A stretch of DNA of 44,758 nt from positions 1 to 44,758 of the forward strand of contig CAYVUT010000002.1 of assembly GCA_964455225.1 (NCBI GenBank), written 5' to 3'. Each line of letters starts with the position of its first letter. The first letter of the stretch is position 1. The notes under the pieces are model-generated. The model worked only from the letters and a program-made list of their open reading frames with translations, did not search any database and had not been told where the DNA came from. Made by a program: the position numbers and the translations under genes. This DNA is from an uncultured Candidatus Saccharibacteria bacterium. Its GTDB lineage: Bacteria > Patescibacteriota > Minisyncoccia > Phycocordibacterales > Phycocordibacteraceae. This document shows positions 24,849 to 32,512 of this stretch, one piece after another.

Positions 24849-25799
24849 CTAACGAATGCGGCGGAGGCCCTTTTCAATGCTTTTGATAAACACGGGAGTT
24901 TGCATCGCGTAGGTCAATTGAGAGCGTGCTGCAAGATCGGTCGTGTGGAGCGAGAGGAGCGACAGGCCGGTTTCTGCGCGTAAGATACGCTCGATATATG
25001 AAATACTGATGCCACGTAGACTCGGGTTATCGATATTGCTGGTGCCCATAGTCGTTGCGATACCCACGAGCGAACCGGCATATACGATGGGGCCTCCAGA
25101 GACTCCCGAGCGCGCGACGCTTGAAGGGGAGAGGCCGATGACGTCCGGCGTGTTGGAAGCGAAGGTGCGGACACTGGTGATGGTCGAGCTTGCGGCGCGT
25201 GCCTCAAGCTTGCTTCGCACCTCTTTGAACCCGAGACCTTCTGCGGGATAGCCTGCGGCGAGCACCTCATCTCCATCTGTAACTGTCGCAGTGGTGCCGA
25301 AAGGCATCGCAGGAAAACGCTCAGGGACCGTTTTTTGTTTGCCCCGTACTTTGGTGACATAGAGAAGCGCGAAATCGTATTCGCCGGTTCCTTTCTGGTC
25401 GTTCTCCGCGACAATAGTTGCGTAGGCGGTCGACCATGCGGGGGAGAGGTAGAGGACCTCGGCGTCGTATGCCGCTTTGGCGGGAGAGCCGGTGCGGACG
25501 CTGCAGTCTGATTTGAGTCGGGAGGTGCTAGAGGCGAGCAGGAAATACTGCCCGACATGCGCGTTGGTGAGTATGATGCCACGTTCGTCGATGAATACGC
25601 CCGAACCGGTTACGCCAAGCGTCTTGTTTCCAGATTTGATGCGGCAGTAGAGGTTTACCGTTGCTTCCGGAACCGCGGGCTCGTAGGCGGTAGGCGTGTA
25701 CGAGAGGTATGCGGCTGATGCGGCAGGCACTTCGCCAAGAAAGAGCGAAACCGTGAGGGCAAGAAGGCCTGTGCCGAGGAAGAGTGCGGTCTTTTTCAT
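24849..25799 (-). CDS. Secreted trypsin-like (S1 family) serine protease
   Basis: ATG 25799 (MKKTALFLGTGLLALTVSLFL signal). Triad contexts TNAHV, DFALLYV and GVSGGPIV. Confidence 0.85.
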   Translation of the reverse strand: MKKTALFLGTGLLALTVSLFLGEVPAASAAYLSYTPTAYEPAVPEATVNLYCRIKSGNKTLGVTGSGVFIDERGIILTNAHVGQYFLLASSTSRLKSDCSVRTGSPAKAAYDAEVLYLSPAWSTAYATIVAENDQKGTGEYDFALLYVTKVRGKQKTVPERFPAMPFGTTATVTDGDEVLAAGYPAEGLGFKEVRSKLEARAASSTITSVRTFASNTPDVIGLSPSSVARSGVSGGPIVYAGSLVGIATTMGTSNIDNPSLRGISISYIERILRAETGLSLLSLHTTDLAARSQLTYAMQTPVFIKSIEKGLRRIR

Positions 25800-25826
25800 G
25801 TCGGAAATATAGCACAGCACAAACAG

Positions 25827-25850
25827 AGCACCCCGCAGATGCGGGGTGCT
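25827..25850 (-). terminator. Hairpin downstream of the NUDIX gene
   Basis: AGCACCCCGC-AGAT-GCGGGGTGCT. The T-tract is weak. Confidence 0.45.
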
Positions 25851-25856
25851 TAGGGT

Positions 25857-26318
25857 TTAGAGAGGGAAAAACTCGATTTTCTCGAATGTGCGAGCGCGAT
25901 CTTTGTAGTAGACGTTTGCGCGAAAGCGCTCGCCTGAGGCCGCCCGGGGAAGCCAGTGTCGATCGGCCTCATAAGTGCGTTCGAACGTTTCGTCAGAGAG
26001 CGGATGCCAACCCGGCAGCATGTCAGCCGTCTCATGCAGCTCGCCGGAGGCGATCTTCGCGTGGTACACATGCACACGGAAGTCGAGTTCGCCTGCGGCG
26101 TAGAAGTCGATGAGCGCGACATACTCAAGCGAGCCGGGGTCGAGCTCGATCTCAAGCTCCTCGCGGGTCTCTCGGATGAGGCACTCGGGCAGTGTCTCGC
26201 CCGGGTCAAGCTTGCCGCCGGGTCCTGACAGGACGCCGGTGCCGATCTCACCGCGCTTCTTCTCGCCAAGCAGTATGCGATCTCCCTCAAGGATGATGCC
26301 AAGCGTTGCGATTATCAT
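25857..26318 (-). CDS. NUDIX hydrolase (MutT-like)
   Basis: ATG 26318, with AGGAG upstream, inside ORF 25857..26477. Nudix box GPGGKLDPGETLPECLIRETREELEIE. Confidence 0.88.
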   Translation of the reverse strand: MIIATLGIILEGDRILLGEKKRGEIGTGVLSGPGGKLDPGETLPECLIRETREELEIELDPGSLEYVALIDFYAAGELDFRVHVYHAKIASGELHETADMLPGWHPLSDETFERTYEADRHWLPRAASGERFRANVYYKDRARTFEKIEFFPL

Positions 26319-26419
26319 ACGTACTCCTGAAATAAGTTCATATCTATCTGAAACCCTAGCACTCGTCCTTTGCTTGGTCGAGCCATGTCCTCGCCCCCAT
26401 CTTGGGGTACGATAGGGGG

Positions 26420-27109
26420 ATGGAGAAGCGACCGGTAGCAGTATTCGATATCGACGGCACCATATTCCGCTCCTCACTCCTTATCGAGCTTGTGGAGCGG
26501 CTCATCGAGAAAGGGATCTTTCCTGAAGATGCGCGCCGTATCTACGAAGAAGATCGATTGCAGTGGCTCGACCGCACGGGTGACTACCAGACTTATATAA
26601 GCAAAGTAGTGGATGCCTTCGAAAAGCAGCTTAAGGGTGCGCCGTATGGCGAAGTGGTCGATGCGGCAGGGGAAGTGATCGAGCTCTACAAGAATCGCGT
26701 GTACCGCTATACGCGCGATCTCATCAAAGACCTGAAGCGACGGAACTACTTCCTGCTCGCCATATCGCACTCGCCGAAATTCATCGTGGATGGTTTCGGG
26801 TACGAAGCGGGTTTCGATAAGACATATGGAATCTTTTATTCAACAGGACCGAGTAATCGGTTTACCGGAGAGATGGAAGATCGCGATCTCATTCTCAACA
26901 AGGCCGCGATCCTGCAGCGTGCGGTTCGCAAGGAGAACCTGACGCTCGAGGGGTCGTTCGTGGTCGGGGATACGGAAAGCGATATCCCGATGCTTGAAAT
27001 GGCGACGACGCCGATCGCGTTCAATCCGAATGCCAAGCTCTACCAGCACGCGAAGCGCCGGGGCTGGAAAGTGGTCGTAGAGCGCAAAGACGTGATTTAT
27101 GAGTTTTGA
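26420..27109 (+). CDS. HAD-superfamily hydrolase (subfamily IB-like)
   Basis: ATG 26420. VAVFDIDGTIF (DxDGT) and VVGDTESDIPML. Confidence 0.85.
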   Translation: MEKRPVAVFDIDGTIFRSSLLIELVERLIEKGIFPEDARRIYEEDRLQWLDRTGDYQTYISKVVDAFEKQLKGAPYGEVVDAAGEVIELYKNRVYRYTRDLIKDLKRRNYFLLAISHSPKFIVDGFGYEAGFDKTYGIFYSTGPSNRFTGEMEDRDLILNKAAILQRAVRKENLTLEGSFVVGDTESDIPMLEMATTPIAFNPNAKLYQHAKRRGWKVVVERKDVIYEF

Positions 27110-27124
27110 TACACTGGGCGGTAT

Positions 27125-27346
27125 ATGAAGAAACGACTAACGAAGAGCAAGGAAAGCCGTGTCTTTGCGGGAATCATGGGCGGGTTGGCCGAATATTTCG
27201 ATCTTGATCCCGTATTGATGCGCGTACTGTACGTATTTGCGACCGCCTTTACCGGATTTGTTCCTGGCATCATCGGGTATATCGTTGCAGCATTGATCGT
27301 TCCGGCAGCTCCCGAGCCGATCGGAGAGCACTCGTCCGCGTCGTGA
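27125..27346 (+). CDS. PspC-domain membrane protein, 73 aa
   Basis: LTKSKESRVFAGIMGGLAEYFDLDPVLMRVLYV followed by a TM helix. Confidence 0.85.
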   Translation: MKKRLTKSKESRVFAGIMGGLAEYFDLDPVLMRVLYVFATAFTGFVPGIIGYIVAALIVPAAPEPIGEHSSAS

Positions 27347-28152
27347 CCCCAGCTGGTTTTCGTCGTATCGTCTGGGCTCACTACCGCAAACACGGCAGGC
27401 ACGATCTGCCATGGAGGAAGACGCGCGACCCGTACCGCATCCTTGTTTCAGAGGTGATGCTGCAGCAGACGCAGGTGGAGCGCGTCATTCCGTTTTATAC
27501 GCGTTTCGTGGAGCAGTTTCCGACCGTAAAGCAGCTCGCTGATGCGCCGCTTTCTGAAGTCTTAAGGGCGTGGCAGGGGCTCGGATACAATCGCCGAGCG
27601 AAAATGCTTCACGAGGCAGCGAAAGTCGTCGTGCGAGAATGGGGCGGCGTATTCCCGAAATCTGCAGAAGAGCTCGATCGGCTCCCCGGCGTGGGGCTGT
27701 ACACGGCGAGAGCAGTTGCCGCGTTCGCATATAACCAGGACGGGATTTTCATAGAGACGAACATCCGCACCGTAGTGACGCATCATTTTTTCACTCGGAA
27801 AAAGCTCGTGCATGATGCAGAGATACTAGGCATACTCACCGCTGCATTCGCGAAGGGGAGAGCGCGGGAATGGTATGCGGCCTTGATGGATTATGGCGCG
27901 TACCTGAAGCGCGCCGGCATCAAGCTGAACGCGAAGAGTGCTACGTACGCGAAACAGAAAGCGTTCAAGGGCTCCGCGCGCGAAGCGCGCGGAGCGATAC
28001 TGCGCGAGCTCTCGCGCGGCTCTTACCGCGAGCCGCGCCTGCTCGGATTATTGGGAGACGATCGACGGCCCCAGCTTGCGGCGCAGCTTCAGAAACTCCA
28101 AGTCGAAGGCCTCATACAAAAACGCGGCAAGGTTTTCACCTTGCCGCGTTAG
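27343..28152 (+). CDS. MutY-like HhH-GPD glycosylase lacking all cysteines, with a non-NUDIX C-terminal domain
   Basis: GTG 27343 overlaps the PspC stop (GTGA). DLPWRKTRDPYRILVSEVMLQQTQVERV...GLGYNRRAK.LH..A...LPGVGLYTARAV. The 269 aa contain no Cys. The C-terminal ~70 aa look winged-helix-like. Confidence 0.8.
   Translation: MTPAGFRRIVWAHYRKHGRHDLPWRKTRDPYRILVSEVMLQQTQVERVIPFYTRFVEQFPTVKQLADAPLSEVLRAWQGLGYNRRAKMLHEAAKVVVREWGGVFPKSAEELDRLPGVGLYTARAVAAFAYNQDGIFIETNIRTVVTHHFFTRKKLVHDAEILGILTAAFAKGRAREWYAALMDYGAYLKRAGIKLNAKSATYAKQKAFKGSAREARGAILRELSRGSYREPRLLGLLGDDRRPQLAAQLQKLQVEGLIQKRGKVFTLPR
28121..28150. terminator. Bidirectional hairpin between the convergent mutY-like and rnj genes
   Basis: AACGCGGCAAGGT-TTTC-ACCTTGCCGCGTT. 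Overlaps the last codons of the mutY-like gene. Confidence 0.5.
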
Positions 28153-28167
28153 TGCTCGAGAACGGCG

Positions 28168-30108
28168 TTACATCCCGATCAGCACGGGAATCACCATCGG
28201 CGCCTTGTTCGTTTTCGAGAAGAGGAAGCCGGTCATGGTGTCCGTGAGGTTGTTTTTCACGTAGTCGAGATCGACCGGGTTCATGCCGCGCGTCGAGTCC
28301 TCCACGGTCTTCTTGATGAGAAGCCGCGCCTGATTCAGGAGGTCCTGGGACTCGCGTAGATAGATGAAGCCGCGAGAGATGATGTCTGGAGACTTGCGGA
28401 GCTTGCCGGTCTTGAGATTGATGCTTGCGATGATGACGAACATGCCGTCTTTCGCGAGCGCTTGGCGGTCGCGGATCACCACTTCCTGCATGTCGCCCAC
28501 CGTGAAGCCGTCCACCACCATCGGTGCTGAGGGCACCTTCTCCTTATGGATCTTGAGCGTCTCGCCCTTCTCGATGTCGATCACCAAGCCGTTGTCCGGG
28601 ATGATGATATTCGCTTTCGGGAAACCGGACTGCTCGACCGCTTTCGCGTGGCAGGTGGTCATGGAGCGGTAGCCGTAGCCAGGCATGAAGAAGGTGGGGT
28701 GCACCTGCTTGTTCATCCAGACGAGCTCGCCGGTGTTGCCGTCGCCGGTCGAGTGCACGTCCGAAGAGCGGTAGTGGATGAGCGTCGCGCCGTGGCGGTA
28801 CAGGTTGTCCTTCAGCTTCTGCACGTTGAGCTCGTTGCCAGGAATGACTGATGAGGAGAGCACGATGGTGTCGCGCTCGTTGAGCGTGATGAATTTGTGC
28901 TGCTTCGTTGCGATACGCATGAGCGCAGCGAACTCTTCACCCTGCGCGCCGGTCGAGAGGACGACGATCTTGTCCGCCGGGTAGTCGCCGATCGCTTGCG
29001 CGGGGATGATGGTGCCCTTATCGAGCTTCAAGAGCCCGGTCTTCTCGGCGATCTCGAGGTTCGTGCGGATCGAGCGGCCTTCCGTGACGATCTTCTTCCC
29101 GTACTTCTCCGCGACGTTGATGATGTGCACCATGCGCTCGAATTGGGATGCGAACGTGCCGATGATGAGGCGGCCATTCACGGTTTTCACGATGTCTTCG
29201 AGGGTCTGGATCACGCGTTTTTCGGGAATCGAGAAGCCGTCCTTTTCGGCGTTCGTCGAGTCGGCGATGAAGAAGATGTTCTTGTCCTTGCCGATATCGC
29301 CCCACGTCTTGTTTTCACGCTCGCTCGGTACGCCATCGTCGTGATCGAGCTTCAGGTCGCCAGAAACGACGATGTTTCCGTGCGGCGTCTCAATGGAAAC
29401 GCCCATGGAGTCGGGGATCGAGTGGGTGACCGGGAAGAACTTCACCTTCGTCGAGCCGATAGTCATGGATTCGCCCACCTTTACGGTAACGATCTCCGGC
29501 ATCGGGACGTCCGGATATTCTTCCTGGCGTCTGCGGATCATGATGGCCGTGAGCTCCTGGGTGTAGATGGGAGGCGTGCCAAAGCGCGGCAGTACGAACG
29601 GAATGCCGCCGATGTGGTCGAGGTGGCCGTGGGTAATGATGACCGCGCGTACGCGATCCATATTCTTTTCAAGGTATTTGGTGTTGGGGAGGAGGTAGTC
29701 GACTCCCGGGCCGCCGTCTTCAGAGACGAACTGGAAGCCTGCGTCCATGACGAAAATATCGCCCGTTGCGCCGACCTCGATCGCGACCATGTTACGGCCG
29801 ACTTCCTCGACGCCGCCCAGAGGGACGACGCGGAGCGTGTCAGGTCCTGCGGGCTCGGGGAAGTAGTCTGCGAGGCGAGGGCCGCGGGAGGGGGTCGCAT
29901 TCGGTCGGCGGAGCATGCGCTCGATGCGACGACGTACGCCGCCCGGGCGTCCGCCACGGTCTCCACGACCGCCTCGCGGAGGACGGCCCGCGCCGCCCGG
30001 GCGCGGGGGACCATTTCTCCGTGGGCCACGGTCGAAGCGGCCAGGGGCGGGCTGCGGCGTGTAGGGACGCGGCGCAGGCGCTGGTGCTGGAACAGGTGCT
30101 TGATTCAT
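28168..30108 (-). CDS. rnj: Ribonuclease J with a ~90-aa P/R/G-rich disordered N-terminal extension
   Basis: 646 aa. VVPLGGVEEVGRNMVAIE...ITHGHLDHIGGIP...ADSTNAE...GTFASQF...HSTGDG. The N-terminus reads APVPAPAPAPRPYTPQPAPGRFDRGPRRNGPPRPGGAGRPPRGGRGDRGGRPGG. Confidence 0.92.
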   Translation of the reverse strand: MNQAPVPAPAPAPRPYTPQPAPGRFDRGPRRNGPPRPGGAGRPPRGGRGDRGGRPGGVRRRIERMLRRPNATPSRGPRLADYFPEPAGPDTLRVVPLGGVEEVGRNMVAIEVGATGDIFVMDAGFQFVSEDGGPGVDYLLPNTKYLEKNMDRVRAVIITHGHLDHIGGIPFVLPRFGTPPIYTQELTAIMIRRRQEEYPDVPMPEIVTVKVGESMTIGSTKVKFFPVTHSIPDSMGVSIETPHGNIVVSGDLKLDHDDGVPSERENKTWGDIGKDKNIFFIADSTNAEKDGFSIPEKRVIQTLEDIVKTVNGRLIIGTFASQFERMVHIINVAEKYGKKIVTEGRSIRTNLEIAEKTGLLKLDKGTIIPAQAIGDYPADKIVVLSTGAQGEEFAALMRIATKQHKFITLNERDTIVLSSSVIPGNELNVQKLKDNLYRHGATLIHYRSSDVHSTGDGNTGELVWMNKQVHPTFFMPGYGYRSMTTCHAKAVEQSGFPKANIIIPDNGLVIDIEKGETLKIHKEKVPSAPMVVDGFTVGDMQEVVIRDRQALAKDGMFVIIASINLKTGKLRKSPDIISRGFIYLRESQDLLNQARLLIKKTVEDSTRGMNPVDLDYVKNNLTDTMTGFLFSKTNKAPMVIPVLIGM

Positions 30109-30184
30109 ATAGTTGTAGTGATTAGTGAATAGTTTTTAGTAACTGCATACCAAGAGGCATGAGTAAACAGTCATTGCTGCATGA

Positions 30185-31951
30185 CTACTGACTCGTGACT
30201 CCTGATCGTGTAAAGATCGGCCACACCTTTTCGGTTTTCCGGTACCACGACTCGACTCCGGCGAAACGATCCCTCGGCGTCGCGATCTGCGGAAGAGCGA
30301 CACCGGAGAGCGTCTCCGGAACCGTGTACACGAAATCAGGCGACTCGATGAACACGGCTGGATACTCGCCTGCGATCGTGTCGTTGATCTTCTGCAGGAT
30401 AGCGAGACGCTTTTCCGGGTCGCTCTCCTTGCGAGCTTCTTCCAAGAGATCGTCAACCGTCTTATTCACGTAGAGCGCGATGTTAAGGCCGGGGTCGTTG
30501 CGTTCCTGGGAGTGCCAGAAGGCGTAGAGGTCCTGGTCGCCATCGATCACCATGCCGAACAACAGCGCGCTGTACTTTCGAGGGCGGATCACGTTCTGGC
30601 TCAAGTCGCCGGGTTCGTAGAGCTCGATATCAGTGGGGATGCCGAGCCGCTCCCAGTCGCCTTTGACTGCGGCGGCGATAGCCTTGAGCTCAGGCACATT
30701 CGAAGTCTTGATGGTGAGCGGTTCGATGGTGAGCTTGCCGTTTTTCCATGCCCGCGCTTCGCTGTCGTACTCCCATCCCGCGCGGGTGAGTACCGCAGCG
30801 GCATCGGCGGTCGGGTTCTCGCTTCCGGGCACGGGTGTATCGATGATTCCTGAACCGGGTGGCACCGGTCCCATGATGGGAGCGGCGTATCCACCGAGCG
30901 ATTCTTCGACGATCGCGGTCCGGTGCACGGCGAGCGAGAGCGCCTTGCGCACCTCTATGCGCGTGAGGATCTGCGTCTGGTTCGAGTTGAAGAAGATCCC
31001 GAATATGCGCGCGTACGAAGTCTCGAGCGATCCCATCCCAGGGACGCCATAGGCGCTTTCGATCGCACCTTTCTTGAGTGCGGCCGCCAGATCCTCAAGG
31101 CGGGGGAAGAAGATAAGCTTGATGCGATCGAGATATGGTTCGCCAAGCGCATACTCGGGATTGCTCCGGAGCGTGTACGAGGTGATGAGTCCGCTCGCAT
31201 CTCGTTCCACGCGGGAGACCGTGTAGGGACCTGCGCCGACCGGCTCGGTCTGTAGTCGCGAGAACGGGAACTCCTCGCTCCCGATGCCACCCCAGAGTCG
31301 GGCAGGGAGGATGCCAAGCGTGAGATTCTCCACGAATGGCGCATACGGTTTTGCGAGCGTAAAGCGCACCGTGCGCGCATCAACCGCTTCGACGGTGACA
31401 CCGGCCCAGTCCGCATAGACGGGGCTCTTGAGGGTTGGATCCTGCGCTTTCGTGACCGTGAATGCAACGTCCTGTGCCGTAACCGGTGTCTCGTCTGAGA
31501 AGCGCGCATCTGCGCGAAGCGTGACGGTGTACTCTCGTCCATCTTCGGAAACGGTGTAGCTCTCGGCAAGCACGGGTCGGAGCGTCCCGTCGCCTGCAAG
31601 GCCGAGAAGTCCGGCGTAGGTGAGTGCGGCGAGATCGCGGTCCGCGTCGGTAATCGCAAGAAGCGGGTTTACGAACCGAGGACTTCCGAGCACGCCCTCA
31701 ACGAGGGATCCGCCATGAACCGGAACTTCGACGAGCAGGGAACGCTCAAGCGCGAATACGCTCACGAGACCGGTTAAGGCGACCACGCCAAACAGCGCAT
31801 AGGCGATGAACGTATCGCCAGGTGAAAGGGTCTCGAAGTAATGTTCGAGACGCGACAAGGCCTTGCTGGTGCGCTGGCGCACGAGCGTCTTCCACCAGGG
31901 AGACCGTGTTTCTGCTACAGACTGAGTATCGGAATGGGAATCAGTAAGCAT
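30185..31951 (-). CDS. ABC transporter substrate-binding protein, family 5 (OppA/DppA-like), with an N-terminal TM anchor
   Basis: 588 aa with a TM helix near aa 45-65. PVLAESYTVSEDGREYTVTLRADARFSDETPVTAQDVAFT is the family-5 signature region. No permease or ATPase genes are adjacent. Confidence 0.85.
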   Translation of the reverse strand: MLTDSHSDTQSVAETRSPWWKTLVRQRTSKALSRLEHYFETLSPGDTFIAYALFGVVALTGLVSVFALERSLLVEVPVHGGSLVEGVLGSPRFVNPLLAITDADRDLAALTYAGLLGLAGDGTLRPVLAESYTVSEDGREYTVTLRADARFSDETPVTAQDVAFTVTKAQDPTLKSPVYADWAGVTVEAVDARTVRFTLAKPYAPFVENLTLGILPARLWGGIGSEEFPFSRLQTEPVGAGPYTVSRVERDASGLITSYTLRSNPEYALGEPYLDRIKLIFFPRLEDLAAALKKGAIESAYGVPGMGSLETSYARIFGIFFNSNQTQILTRIEVRKALSLAVHRTAIVEESLGGYAAPIMGPVPPGSGIIDTPVPGSENPTADAAAVLTRAGWEYDSEARAWKNGKLTIEPLTIKTSNVPELKAIAAAVKGDWERLGIPTDIELYEPGDLSQNVIRPRKYSALLFGMVIDGDQDLYAFWHSQERNDPGLNIALYVNKTVDDLLEEARKESDPEKRLAILQKINDTIAGEYPAVFIESPDFVYTVPETLSGVALPQIATPRDRFAGVESWYRKTEKVWPIFTRSGVTSQ

Positions 31952-32014
31952 GTAGACGAATAAGGTGCGAGGCGTACGCGCTGCCGCCGGAAATCCGGCG
32001 GACCAACTGCGCGA

Positions 32015-32254
32015 TTACACCCCGGACAGAAGGAAGTTTGCTATAGCCGCTACGACGAGGAGAATCGCGACCACCACTGTCGCGTTGAATAGGAATTTCT
32101 CAGCGCCTCTGCGCTTATAGAACGTAGACGCGAAATTGTCGCCTCCAAAGGCTCCACCCAAGGTCGCGCCGCGCTGTTGAAGCACGATGCCGACGATGAG
32201 GAGGATCGAGAGGATGATTTCCGCGTATGGCAATGCCGATACGAGTGCCTCCAT
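32015..32254 (-). CDS. secG: Preprotein translocase subunit SecG
   Basis: 79 aa from ATG 32254, with two TM helices. ILLIVGIVLQQRGATLGGAFGG. Confidence 0.85.
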   Translation of the reverse strand: MEALVSALPYAEIILSILLIVGIVLQQRGATLGGAFGGDNFASTFYKRRGAEKFLFNATVVVAILLVVAAIANFLLSGV

Positions 32255-32311
32255 AACTGTACGGGGAACGATAGCACGGAAGGGGAGGTGGGTGCAAGGA
32301 GTGTGGTGGGG

Positions 32312-32444
32312 CACAGGGCAACAGTGCGCTTGCTAAACACCTCGCGAGCCTTGCGGCGCATGCGTGTCAGCTCCGCAAGGCTGCACGCATGCGCCGCGCT
32401 CGTCTTCGGCGTACGCAAGCATCACCGTTGCCCTGTGCTTTTTA
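32312..32444. other. Nested and alternative inverted repeats between secG and the lipoprotein gene (structured RNA or operator candidate)
   Basis: Outer arms 32312-32333 and 32415-32437 (CACAGGGCAAC.GTG..GCTTGC). Inner competing pairs are AGCCTTGCGG/CCGCAAGGCT (32348-57/32373-82) and GCGGCGCATGCGTG/CACGCATGCGCCGC (32353-66/32384-97). CTTTTTA follows on the + strand. Confidence 0.5.
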
Positions 32445-32464
32445 TGATTGTGGGGAAAAGAAAA

Positions 32465-32489
32465 GCGCCGCAAGCAAAGCTTGCGGCGC
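32465..32489 (-). terminator. Hairpin terminator of the lipoprotein gene
   Basis: GCGCCGCAAGC-AAA-GCTTGCGGCGC. On the minus strand it is followed by TTTTCTTTTCC. Confidence 0.65.
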
Positions 32490-32512
32490 GGGTCAAGGAA
32501 CAACAGGGAGAG

